34,726 nt of DNA from an uncultured Candidatus Saccharibacteria bacterium (GTDB taxonomy: Bacteria > Patescibacteriota > Minisyncoccia > Phycocordibacterales > UBA9973), in the NCBI GenBank assembly GCA_964444515.1, contig CAYUGY010000001.1, forward strand, positions 16,945 to 51,670, read 5' to 3'. Positions 1-7,746 of the stretch are shown here, in pieces. Position numbers and translations under genes: made by a program. Position 1 is the stretch's first letter; each line of letters begins with the position of its first letter. A model generated the notes under the pieces. That model had not been told where the DNA came from. It saw nothing but the letters and a program-made list of their open reading frames with translations, and did no database searches.

Positions 1-138
1 TTGTATATTACATTATAAGATAAACAGGCCTAGCAACCATCAGCAGGTGACAAACAATATAAGAAGTATTCTAAAAAATTTCATTGTATATTACATTATA
101 AGATAAACAGGCCTAGCAACCATCAGCAGGTGACAAAC
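1..138. repeat. 55-bp perfect direct repeat (1-55 = 84-138) at the window edge
   Basis: Both copies read ttgtatattacattataagataaacaggcctagcaaccatcagcaggtgacaaac. Copy 2 covers the last codons and TAG stop (113-115) of the 113..565 ORF plus 29 nt of its 3' flank. Copy 1 is the very start of the window. Confidence 0.9.
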
Positions 139-565
139 CTTTTAGCTCTGCTTCCTCAGTGTTCTCAAAGTATACCCTATTTTCAACCTTTAGTTTTGAG
201 CCAGAAAGACACTGAATGGGGTAATATTTCTTCCCTCTTTTTGAGGCAAAATAACTAGCAGTTGGTTGCGTTGAGCTCATTTGAACCTTGTTTATTGGCT
301 TATTTTGGGCCGATAAAGCACTTTTTGATTGATTATAGGTATTTACACCATAAATAAGGACTGGGTCTTCTGTGGTCTTTTCGTGACTTCCCTTCCCAAC
401 CAGAAAACCACCAACAAAGCTACATATTGATACAATTGTCAATACCATTATCGTCACCCAAAACCCTTTTTGTGTCAGTGCTTTTATAGCCTTGATTTTA
501 TTAGACAAAAGATGTATACTGTCCACACAACTAATTATAAAGCATTTTAGATTTTTAATCATCAT
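113..565 (-). CDS. Membrane-anchored protein with C-terminal Ada-Zn-binding-like (sunset-type) Cys motif
   Basis: ORF track. One N-proximal hydrophobic segment. The C-terminus KYYPIQC..NRVYFENTEEAE..GLSPADGC resembles the Y(H)xxxC..NrvxFxsxxEA..G..PC..C motif. Start is uncertain: ATG at 448 (MVLTIVS..) would leave room for the rpmA promoter. Confidence 0.55.
   Translation of the reverse strand: MMIKNLKCFIISCVDSIHLLSNKIKAIKALTQKGFWVTIMVLTIVSICSFVGGFLVGKGSHEKTTEDPVLIYGVNTYNQSKSALSAQNKPINKVQMSSTQPTASYFASKRGKKYYPIQCLSGSKLKVENRVYFENTEEAELKGLSPADGC
492..520 (+). promoter_or_regulatory. Putative sigma70-type promoter of rpmA
   Basis: TTGATT (492-497), 17-nt spacer, TATACT (515-520), about 48 nt upstream of the rpmA ATG. 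It lies inside the long version of the divergent ORF. Confidence 0.35.
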
Positions 566-567
566 TT

Positions 568-840
568 ATGGCACATAGAAAAGCCGGTGGTTCCGCTAAG
601 AACCTTACCGATTCAAATGCACAATACCTTGGTACAAAGAAGTACGCCGGCGAAAAAGCAATCGCGGGTAACATTATCATTCGCCAACGCGGATCTCGAA
701 TCATTGCAGGTGCTAATGTTGGAACAGGAAAAGACTACACTCTTTACGCTCTAGCAGACGGAACAGTTTCTTACGGAACAAAGAGAAAGAAACACTTCGA
801 TGGTAGTACTCAAGTCAAAAAAGTAGTGCACGTAAAATAA
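568..840 (+). CDS. rpmA: 50S ribosomal protein L27
   Basis: MAHRKAGGSAKNLTDSNAQYLGTKK..IIIRQRGSRI..G.NVG.GKD.TL.A is the canonical L27 N-terminus. Length 90 aa. Confidence 0.96.
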   Translation: MAHRKAGGSAKNLTDSNAQYLGTKKYAGEKAIAGNIIIRQRGSRIIAGANVGTGKDYTLYALADGTVSYGTKRKKHFDGSTQVKKVVHVK

Positions 841-841
841 T

Positions 842-874
842 AAAATAAATCCCGACATTGTCGGGATTTATTTT
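842..874. terminator. Rho-independent terminator after rpmA
   Basis: 15-bp perfect stem aaaataaatcccgac / gtcgggatttatttt with a 3-nt loop. The 3' arm ends in a T-run. Confidence 0.8.
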
Positions 875-943
875 ATTTCGTCAAGCGAGGAACGAATGAA
901 AGTGTTATTGCTTTCATGTCGTCCGAGTCGAAGGCGAAATATA
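874..943. repeat. Intergenic hairpin element, copy A (related to 13601-13696)
   Basis: gcgaggaacgaatgaaagtgttattgctttcatgtcgtccgagtcgaaggcgaaatata aligns at about 80% identity by eye with 13638-13696. Internal hairpin atgaaag/ctttcat (896-917). Outer tatttcg/cgaaata pairing. Confidence 0.55.
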
Positions 944-979
944 GGTTCAATGACTGAGTGCTCTGTACCTGTTGAACCT
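943..979 (-). terminator. Possible terminator hairpin after rplI
   Basis: aggttcaa (943-950) pairs with ttgaacct (972-979) around a 21-nt partly paired loop, directly 3' of the rplI stop. The U-tract is weak. Confidence 0.35.
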
Positions 980-1417
980 TTATTTCTTTTTCGAAACAAG
1001 AATCAATGTTAATTCTTTGTTATCAATTTTAATTGTATGTTTACCAACTTCTTTTAATACGCCGTCTAAATGAATTAACTCTTCTGGAATTGCAATCTTT
1101 TTTATTTCTTTGATAATCTTTGCAATATCAGTCTTATGAAGACCACTCCACATGTGACCTTTTTCATTCGTCAGTACTTCATAAGTAATCGGTTCTAGAA
1201 CAACAGCATCAATCGTTTCTGCGAGCAAGGCCTGCTTAACTTGTTTTCCTGATTGAATAGCTTTTTGTTTGGTAAGGTGTTGTTCCAATACTTTAGGTGT
1301 GGCTTCTACTCCGTAACCATTCTTGATAACAAAATTTCTTCCGTATCCTTCTGCAACTTCTTTGACGTCACCCGCTTGGGCAACTCCTTTCAGTGATTTT
1401 GTAAAAATTACTTTCAT
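980..1417 (-). CDS. rplI: 50S ribosomal protein L9
   Basis: MKVIFTKSLKGVAQAGDVKEVAEGYGRNFVIKNGYGVEAT is a typical L9 N-domain. Length 145 aa. Confidence 0.92.
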   Translation of the reverse strand: MKVIFTKSLKGVAQAGDVKEVAEGYGRNFVIKNGYGVEATPKVLEQHLTKQKAIQSGKQVKQALLAETIDAVVLEPITYEVLTNEKGHMWSGLHKTDIAKIIKEIKKIAIPEELIHLDGVLKEVGKHTIKIDNKELTLILVSKKK

Positions 1418-1420
1418 ATA

Positions 1421-2611
1421 TTATTTCATTAACTCTAATGCTTTTTCTAGTTGTAGGTCCTTTTTGGGATCACTGCCTGATTTTACAATATAGTCAGGCT
1501 GTAGTCCATTTTCAGAAATTGAGACACCGTTTGGAGTAAGCCATTTTGCAACAGTAACTTTCAATGCTGTATCTTTGGTAATTTCAACAACTTCTTGCAC
1601 CGAACCTTTGCCGAATGTTTTTGTTCCGACAAGTTTTGCCTTGCCTTGCTCTTTGAGTGCACCTGCTAATATTTCTGATGCTGAAGCAGATCCTCCGTCA
1701 ACCAAAATCAACAACCGTAACTTATCGTTGAATATATTGTATCCACTACTGTGATAAACAACTGAATCTTTTTTACCACCAAAATCTTCACTAACAACAA
1801 CCGCATCTTTTGGAAGGAACCACGACGCAATATCTACCGCTGATTCGAGATATCCTCCTGGATTACCACGCAAATCAATAATCAATTTTGATCCGCCTGA
1901 TAAGACAAATTGTTTCAAGGCATCTCTGAATGAACTATTTGATTGTTCTCCGAAATTATACAAACGGATTATAAACACATCTCCCTTTTTCTCTGTATCA
2001 ATGATAGGAGGAACAATAGTTGCTCGAGTTAGTGTAATTGAACGAGTATCTTTTTCACCGTCTCGATATATCGTAACATCAACAGCAGTTCCTGCTTCAC
2101 CGCGTATCAAAGCAATAGCATCTTCAACATTCATACCGTTTGTTGATTTGGTTCCTATTTTCAAAATCTTATCACCGCTTTTAATGCCAGCTTTTTCTGC
2201 TGGAGTACCTTTGAGCGGAGCAACCACTGTAATAACCCCGTCTTTCATTGCAACTTCCATTCCAACTCCACCAAAATGACCTTCTATCTGAGATTTGAAC
2301 ATCTTGTTTTCTTCTGGATTAAAGAACACGGTGTATGGATCTTTGAGTGATTGAGCGAGACCTTGTGCGGCACCATAGACTCTTGCTTGCGTATCTGCCT
2401 TATCTTTGTAAACAGATTTTTCATCCAATGTCTTCCATACTTTCCAAAAGACACTCATATCAGCACCGTTTGTTAATTCAGTTCCAATCGTTTGAGCTTC
2501 AACGTTGTGTGTTTTGGTACCAACAAAAAAACCCCCGCAAAACAAAAGAGCTCCGACAATTACGAGAGTTGCTCCTTTGGGTATTTGTTTTTTATTAGTA
2601 CTTATTTCCAT
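1421..2611 (-). CDS. ctpA: Carboxy-terminal processing protease (peptidase S41) with PDZ domain
   Basis: N-terminal TM segment. GGVGME, PDZ-like AGIKSGDKILKI, DLRGNPGG and the catalytic-Ser region GGSASASEI are all present. Confidence 0.9.
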   Translation of the reverse strand: MEISTNKKQIPKGATLVIVGALLFCGGFFVGTKTHNVEAQTIGTELTNGADMSVFWKVWKTLDEKSVYKDKADTQARVYGAAQGLAQSLKDPYTVFFNPEENKMFKSQIEGHFGGVGMEVAMKDGVITVVAPLKGTPAEKAGIKSGDKILKIGTKSTNGMNVEDAIALIRGEAGTAVDVTIYRDGEKDTRSITLTRATIVPPIIDTEKKGDVFIIRLYNFGEQSNSSFRDALKQFVLSGGSKLIIDLRGNPGGYLESAVDIASWFLPKDAVVVSEDFGGKKDSVVYHSSGYNIFNDKLRLLILVDGGSASASEILAGALKEQGKAKLVGTKTFGKGSVQEVVEITKDTALKVTVAKWLTPNGVSISENGLQPDYIVKSGSDPKKDLQLEKALELMK

Positions 2612-2616
2612 AAAAA

Positions 2617-2844
2617 CTAAGCGATTTCTTCTGTTATTTCTTCGTGATATTCCTCTGTTATTGTTTCAGGTACTGCTGTCGCTAATTCATTTTTGATTCG
2701 ATTGTTTCTGATTGAATATGCAATAAAACCAACACAGAGACCGGTAATCAGTAATAATATCTTTCTCCAACTTGGAGGAAAGCCGAGGTTTGGAAAAACA
2801 ATAATCCAAACAGCGAGTATCATCAATAATTTTTCTTTTTTCAT
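2617..2844 (-). CDS. Small membrane protein (2 TM, acidic tail), hypothetical
   Basis: ORF track. Tightly packed between ctpA and rsmI on the same strand. Two hydrophobic segments. Confidence 0.5.
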   Translation of the reverse strand: MKKEKLLMILAVWIIVFPNLGFPPSWRKILLLITGLCVGFIAYSIRNNRIKNELATAVPETITEEYHEEITEEIA

Positions 2845-2862
2845 ACAACAAGTATATCGTAC

Positions 2863-3543
2863 TTACTCTGGTGCAACAATGAGAACAAACTCCCCTTTTT
2901 CTGTTTTAGGATTATTATCCAAATAGTCAATAATCTCTCCTGCGGTACCGTTGATGAATGACTCGTGCATTTTAGTTAATTCTTTTGCGAGAACAATGTG
3001 ACGTTCAGGCATTATTTCAGATAACGAGACAAGGGTCTTTTTGAGACGATGAGTAGACTCATAAAAAACAACAACTTTATCACTTTGTTTTATTTGTTCA
3101 AAAATACTTTGTCGCCCTTTTTTGTGCGGAAGAAAACCAAGGAACGTAAATTCACTACATGGAATTCCGCAAGCGCACAATGCAGTAATCACTGCTGATG
3201 CACCAGGTATCGGTACGATTGTTTCTGGTCCACAATGTGCAATTATTTCTTTAATCAAAAAGACTCCGGGATCAGAAATACATGGCGTTCCCGCATCACT
3301 CACCAAGGCCAAATTTTTACCCTCCTGTAATAGTTCAATTGCTTTTGAAATCGTAGATTGGGTTGTATGAGCATCTGCTCGAATCAATGGTTTTTTGATT
3401 TCATAATGATTGAGTAGCTTACCAGTCATTCTTGTGTCCTCACACAAAACAGCGTCCACTGATTTGAGTGTGTCTATTGCTCGAAATGTAATATCTCCGA
3501 GATTTCCTATAGGAGTAGCGACAATATAGATTTTACCGGTCAT
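2863..3543 (-). CDS. rsmI: 16S rRNA (cytidine-2'-O)-methyltransferase RsmI
   Basis: MTGKIYIVATPIGNLGDITFRAI..LCEDTR is the tetrapyrrole-methylase/RsmI signature. I moved the start to ATG 3543 because the longer ORF (to 3654) runs into the tRNA-Ile gene and its terminator. Confidence 0.88.
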   Translation of the reverse strand: MTGKIYIVATPIGNLGDITFRAIDTLKSVDAVLCEDTRMTGKLLNHYEIKKPLIRADAHTTQSTISKAIELLQEGKNLALVSDAGTPCISDPGVFLIKEIIAHCGPETIVPIPGASAVITALCACGIPCSEFTFLGFLPHKKGRQSIFEQIKQSDKVVVFYESTHRLKKTLVSLSEIMPERHIVLAKELTKMHESFINGTAGEIIDYLDNNPKTEKGEFVLIVAPE

Positions 3544-3594
3544 ATAATGGCAGTATAGCAGGAAGTATGAGGAAATAGTATAAGGGAAAACAAA

Positions 3595-3619
3595 GAGCGA
3601 AAACCTTCGGTTTTCGCTC
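3595..3619. terminator. Terminator hairpin after tRNA-Ile
   Basis: gagcgaaaacc ttc ggttttcgctc is an 11-bp stem with T-rich flanks on both strands. Confidence 0.7.
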
Positions 3620-3630
3620 TTTGTTTTTTG

Positions 3631-3702
3631 TGCGTGTACTTGGAATCGGACCAAGGACCTCTGTCTTATCAGGACAGCGTTCTACCACTGAACTATACAC
3701 GC
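3631..3702 (-). tRNA. tRNA-Ile (anticodon GAU)
   Basis: The reverse complement folds as a 72-nt cloverleaf: acceptor gcgtgta/tacacgc, D arm gttc..gaac, anticodon arm ctgtc-CTGATAA-gacag, T arm cttgg-tccgatt-ccaag. No encoded CCA. The T-loop reads UCCGAUU, so position 55 is C rather than U. Confidence 0.9.
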
Positions 3703-3755
3703 TTTTATAGTTATTTCTATTGGTAAAATATACCAAAAAAACAACTATTTAGCAA

Positions 3756-4724
3756 TTATTCATCACCCGCTTCGCCGACTTCGCCAGCTTGCAGGGCATC
3801 AATAATCTTACCGATATTTCCAGCCATAATACCTGGAAGGTTTGACCAAGACTGTCTGATTCGGTGATCAGTTACTCGATCTTGTGGGAAGTTGTACGTA
3901 CGAATTTTTTCACTTCGGTCCCCTGTTCCAATCTGACTTTTTCGCTCACCAGCATATTTCTTTGCTTCTTCTTCATCTTTCAAGTTTTGTAATTTGTTCA
4001 TCAAAATCGCCATTGCCGTTTCTCTGTTTGCGAGCTGGCTTCTCTCTGATGTAGAACGAACGTCGAGTCCTGTTGGTTTGTGAATGATACGTACCGCTGT
4101 TTCAACCTTATTCACATTTTGTCCTCCTGCGCCACCTGAACGAGAATATTCCATTTCAAAATCTGCCGGATTAACTTCAATGGTTGTTTTTTTACGAAGC
4201 GGCAACACTGCTACTGTTGCAGTTGAAGTATGAATACGTCCATTTTTTTCAGTATCAGGCACCCGTTGTACACGGTGTGTCCCTGTTTCAAATTGAAGCA
4301 TTTTATAAATATCTTTTCCATGAGCCTCAGCAACTACTTCTTTGAATCCACCAACGTCACTATTTGAACGGTCAATAATCTTGAAATTCCAGCCTTTTGA
4401 TTCTCCGTATTTTTGATACATTTCATACAATTCAAAGGCGAACAGTGATGACTCATCACCACCTGCACCAGCACGAATTTCCAAAATAACTTCATTCGGA
4501 AATTCTATTTCTTCTTTTTCTGTATCTAGTATTGCTTTTATTTGAGCAAGGACACCTTCTTTTGTAGTATGTAATGTTTCCAGATCAACTTTTGCCAATT
4601 CTGCCATTTCAGGATCTTCTGACATCAACAACAAATCAGCCTCCTCTTTTTCAAGGCGTTCCAAATATTCTGCCAAATATGCAGTTTTGTGATCTTGTTT
4701 TAATTGTTGTATATCGTATTCCAT
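3756..4724 (-). CDS. prfA: Peptide chain release factor 1
   Basis: [26 protein letters not shown] carries the GGQ motif. [18 protein letters not shown] carries the RF1-type PxT tripeptide, here PDT. Length 322 aa, shorter than typical RF1. Confidence 0.9.
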   Translation of the reverse strand: MEYDIQQLKQDHKTAYLAEYLERLEKEEADLLLMSEDPEMAELAKVDLETLHTTKEGVLAQIKAILDTEKEEIEFPNEVILEIRAGAGGDESSLFAFELYEMYQKYGESKGWNFKIIDRSNSDVGGFKEVVAEAHGKDIYKMLQFETGTHRVQRVPDTEKNGRIHTSTATVAVLPLRKKTTIEVNPADFEMEYSRSGGAGGQNVNKVETAVRIIHKPTGLDVRSTSERSQLANRETAMAILMNKLQNLKDEEEAKKYAGERKSQIGTGDRSEKIRTYNFPQDRVTDHRIRQSWSNLPGIMAGNIGKIIDALQAGEVGEAGDE

Positions 4725-4747
4725 GTTGTGTATGTATTATAGCAAAC

Positions 4748-4774
4748 AAAAAAGCCACATTGTGAGGCTTTTTT
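4748..4774. terminator. Hairpin between rpmE and prfA
   Basis: aaaaaagcc (4748-4756) pairs with ggctttttt (4766-4774). A/T runs sit on both sides, 3' of rpmE. Confidence 0.6.
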
Positions 4775-4786
4775 GTTTGTAAAAAT

Positions 4787-5041
4787 TTATTTTTTAACAG
4801 CTGCTGCGCGCTTCTTGAAACGATCCACACGTCCTGCAGTATCAAGCACCTTTTCATTTCCAGTGAAGAATGGGTGTGAAGCACTTGAGATTTCAACACG
4901 GAAAAGTGGGTATTCTTTACCATCAGTCCATTGTGCAGTTTCTTTACTTGCTACAGTTGACATAACCAAAAAGCGTGCTCCATTTGAGTTGTCTTCAAAG
5001 ATAACGTATCGGTTATTTTCTGGGTGGATTTCCTTTTTCAT
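4787..5041 (-). CDS. rpmE: 50S ribosomal protein L31 (type B, no CxxC)
   Basis: [31 protein letters not shown] is a canonical L31. Confidence 0.93.
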   Translation of the reverse strand: MKKEIHPENNRYVIFEDNSNGARFLVMSTVASKETAQWTDGKEYPLFRVEISSASHPFFTGNEKVLDTAGRVDRFKKRAAAVKK

Positions 5042-5063
5042 AATAGAGCTATTCTAGCATATT

Positions 5064-6446
5064 TTACAGGTTCTGCAATGGGTCAATCATTGTTTCTTGA
5101 ATCTTCTTGGCAATTGCCGTCACACTGTTTCCATAGAATACATTTGGTGGCTTGCGACCATCTTTACAAGCAGCCCCTGAATAATATCGGCAGGCAGCGT
5201 TTCGTTCTGCTGTATACCCTCCTGCAGCAGCTCCTCTATCAGCCAAATAAATTGCAGTAGCCATAATAGCATCTTCTGGGTTCCATGGGTTTGCATGTGC
5301 CTTACCCACCGCAGTAGCAACACGACTACGAATAGATATCCAGGTCGATGGAATGAACTGTGAAGGACCCATAGCTCCTCCCCAACCTCCTCCTGACGGA
5401 CAAGAGAGTGGTGTTGTGTCTGGATCAAGACCAAGCTCATTCACAATTTTCAAGAACAACGACTGATCATCACGACTAGACTTTCCTGATGCAATTTGTG
5501 CCGGACCCGGCATGATGTTTCGGTAACTCTTTGAGGTAGGGTCTCCTGCACGATTACAAGTTCCAACATTTTTTCCCATATTTGATTCTTGAGTCAAAAT
5601 CGCCAAAATGAGCGCAGGGCGAACACCGGTCTTTGCTGATGCTTCTTTTGCATATTCATACGCATCTTTGAATTGAATTGAACCTGAGTCACGCAATTTG
5701 AACAAACTAGTCAAAATTGCATTCTTTCTTTTTTGCCTATCAGCCAATTCACCTTCATACGAAGATTTTTGTTTTTCATTCAAGCTCAACAATTTTTGTT
5801 GTTCTGCCTGAGTTAATTTCAATTTCTTATTTTGACTTTCTAGTTCAACCTTGGCATCTAATTGCTGGTTTTTACTTGTTTCCAGCTGTTTCTTTTCTGT
5901 TTCAGTATCTTGTTTGACTACCTTGATAGTATCAACAGCGCTTTTTACAGAACGTTTCAATGATGCAAATGAATCTAGATCACGATAAAAATCTGAGACT
6001 GTTTTTCCAGACAACAATACATGCATAATATTATTTTGATCAATCTCATTTGTTTTCTTGATCAACTGCGCAAGTGAATCTCGAGACAAATCTATCTTGT
6101 CATCAAGCACATTAATCTTTTCAACATGTTTTGTAATCTCTTTTGAGAGTTTTGTGATAATTGCTGTTTTCTGACTAATCAATGTCTTCAATTTTGTAAT
6201 TTGAGCATTTAATAAATCAATATCCTTTTTGAGTGAACTACTCTTACCTTTTAGATTATCAATAACAACTTGAATATTAGCGATTTCCGCATCACACACA
6301 GGAATACGTAAACGAAGCTCGTCGTCACTCAAGTTTTTTATTTCAGCAGGTGTCGGACAAGTCAAAGTCTCAGCAGTAACGGTATGTATAGCCGGTGAAA
6401 AAACAAGCATCCCTATAACAAAAATAACTAAAATTTTACCTTTCAT
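5064..6446 (-). CDS. Secreted coiled-coil protein with C-terminal lytic murein transglycosylase (MltB/SLT_2-like) domain
   Basis: Signal peptide, then about 230 aa of heptad-rich K/E/L/Q sequence. The C-terminus has ILAILTQESNMG (catalytic Glu context) and GAMGPSQFIPSTW, typical of MltB-like enzymes. Confidence 0.7.
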   Translation of the reverse strand: MKGKILVIFVIGMLVFSPAIHTVTAETLTCPTPAEIKNLSDDELRLRIPVCDAEIANIQVVIDNLKGKSSSLKKDIDLLNAQITKLKTLISQKTAIITKLSKEITKHVEKINVLDDKIDLSRDSLAQLIKKTNEIDQNNIMHVLLSGKTVSDFYRDLDSFASLKRSVKSAVDTIKVVKQDTETEKKQLETSKNQQLDAKVELESQNKKLKLTQAEQQKLLSLNEKQKSSYEGELADRQKRKNAILTSLFKLRDSGSIQFKDAYEYAKEASAKTGVRPALILAILTQESNMGKNVGTCNRAGDPTSKSYRNIMPGPAQIASGKSSRDDQSLFLKIVNELGLDPDTTPLSCPSGGGWGGAMGPSQFIPSTWISIRSRVATAVGKAHANPWNPEDAIMATAIYLADRGAAAGGYTAERNAACRYYSGAACKDGRKPPNVFYGNSVTAIAKKIQETMIDPLQNL

Positions 6447-6500
6447 ATATTGATATATTGTAACATATTCAATATTCGGTCTTGCATAAAATCTGAGGAA

Positions 6501-6532
6501 AGAAAAAATACGACAGGTGTCGTATTTTTTCT
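6501..6532. terminator. Rho-independent terminator after rplY
   Basis: gaaaaaatacgac aggt gtcgtattttttc gives a 13-bp stem, extendable, with a T-run. Confidence 0.75.
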
Positions 6533-6554
6533 TTCTAAAGTATCTTTACTTTGA

Positions 6555-7187
6555 TTATTCAGCGTCAACAGATTCTTCTTTCTTACCTTTCTTTTCCACT
6601 TCAATAGCAGAAAGATCAAGTGGAGCAGATTCTTCTGATTCTTCTTTTTGAGCTGCAACAAGTGCAACAACTTCTTCACCATCAGTGATCATTGTTACGC
6701 CAGCTGGAAGCTTGATATCAGCCACAGTGATTTGAGTGTCCAAATCAACCAAAGTTGAAATATCTACTTCAAGTGTGTGTGGTAAATCTTTTGGAAGGGC
6801 TTCGACTTCAACTTCGTGAAGCACCTTAACCAATGTTCCCAAGTTATTCTTTTCAGCAGGTGCTACACCAACGAATTCAAGTTGGATTGCTACTTCTACT
6901 GGTTTGTTCATATCAACAGCAAGGAAATCAACATGCATAATGTGGCCCTTTACTGGGTGAAATTGTACATCTTGGAAAAGAACGTTTTTCTTTTCACTGT
7001 CATATGAAAGTGCTACTGGAGTACTTTCACCTGCTTCTTTCCATGCTTTTACGAGAATACGAGACTCAATAGCGAGACTCGTAACTTCTGTGTTAGCGCC
7101 ATAGACAACAGCTGGTACCATGCCGTTAGTTCGCAATTGGTCCAACTTGTCTGCCTTACTTCGCTTTGTTGCTGTAATACTTATCAT
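6555..7187 (-). CDS. rplY: 50S ribosomal protein L25 / general stress protein Ctc (long form)
   Basis: R..GMVPAVVYG, FHPVKGHIMHVDF and an acidic C-terminal extension. Length 210 aa. Confidence 0.92.
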   Translation of the reverse strand: MISITATKRSKADKLDQLRTNGMVPAVVYGANTEVTSLAIESRILVKAWKEAGESTPVALSYDSEKKNVLFQDVQFHPVKGHIMHVDFLAVDMNKPVEVAIQLEFVGVAPAEKNNLGTLVKVLHEVEVEALPKDLPHTLEVDISTLVDLDTQITVADIKLPAGVTMITDGEEVVALVAAQKEESEESAPLDLSAIEVEKKGKKEESVDAE

Positions 7188-7268
7188 GGCAATATCTTAA
7201 CACTAAAAAAGATATATATCAATAGTTTATTTTTATATCTTATTTTTTATTAAGGAAATAAGATACTA

Positions 7269-7297
7269 TTGACATAATATATAGTATATGGTATACT
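7269..7297 (+). promoter_or_regulatory. Strong sigma70-type promoter (extended -10), leader copy 1
   Basis: TTGACA (7269-7274), 17-nt spacer, TGgTATACT (7289-7297). The same architecture occurs at 10192-10221 on the minus strand. Confidence 0.65.
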
Positions 7298-7308
7298 ATA
7301 TACAAGTT

Positions 7309-7389
7309 AAGTTCTTTGATATCTTGTTATTTAGTTGGGTGAACAGAGCGGATTTATATCCCTTGTGTCCACCTAATTAAATAAACAAA
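7309..7389 (+). promoter_or_regulatory. Conserved structured 5' leader, copy 1 (candidate cis-regulatory RNA, class unknown)
   Basis: About 85% identical to the reverse complement of 10100-10182. Hairpin 7331-7380 has the P1 helix ttagttgggtg/ccacctaattaa. A compensatory change relative to copy 2 preserves pairing. No U-tract follows. Confidence 0.5.
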
Positions 7390-7704
7390 ATGAAAAATAT
7401 CATATTAATCATTATCTCTCTTGTTGCTTTGGCAACTCAATCTTGCAAAAAAGAAGTATCTCAGGACTATCTTAATAGTCGCTCAAGGATACTTTCCAAG
7501 GAACAACCTAAAGGTTCGTTCAAATATGCATACAAAATTAAGGGGCAAGATTCATCATCAAAAAACCCTAAGACAGGAGAGGTTCGCAGTGAACATGCCC
7601 TCGCAGATGCATTTTCAAACAATGATTATGAGATTGGAAGTGAGGCATCATTTGATCGCACTGACAGCCTCGTAGTTACTGGATACGAAAACAAACAAAA
7701 GTAG
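7390..7704 (+). CDS. Small putative lipoprotein, hypothetical
   Basis: MKNIILIIISLVALATQSC is a signal peptide with a lipobox-like ..ATQS|C. The mature part is hydrophilic. Length 104 aa. Confidence 0.6.
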   Translation: MKNIILIIISLVALATQSCKKEVSQDYLNSRSRILSKEQPKGSFKYAYKIKGQDSSSKNPKTGEVRSEHALADAFSNNDYEIGSEASFDRTDSLVVTGYENKQK

Positions 7705-7711
7705 CACTCAA

Positions 7712-7740
7712 AAAGCCTTGTATTTTATATACAAGGCTTT
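7712..7740. terminator. Bidirectional terminator between convergent genes
   Basis: aaagccttgta ttttata tacaaggcttt is an 11-bp stem. Confidence 0.75.
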
Positions 7741-7746
7741 CTTTAT

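Noticed and set aside
1-138. The 55-bp repeat at the 3' end of the first gene could be a diversity-generating retroelement TR/VR pair.
   Set aside because: The copies are identical, with no adenine-specific mismatches. They extend into non-coding flank, are much shorter than typical TR/VR pairs, and no reverse transcriptase is present.
2001-2279. Many 60-130-aa ORFs lie antisense to or out of frame with long genes. Examples are 2001..2279, 2347..2598, 3122..3370, 5120..5440, 10452..10820, 12090..12488, 15374..15721, 15788..16162, 16427..16675, 17705..17998, 18109..18426, 19952..20254, 25160..25555, 27701..28009 and 29320..29610.
   Set aside because: They are shadow ORFs inside well-supported conserved genes. 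They have low-complexity or odd composition, no start context and no recognisable motifs.
3533-3736. ORF-track entries overlap tRNA genes: 3533..3736 (-) and, likewise, 23486..23755 (+).
   Set aside because: They are read-through translations of tRNA-Ile and tRNA-Glu plus terminators (for example ..VVERCPDKTEVLGPIPS.. and ..RFPVESQ..). They are not genes.
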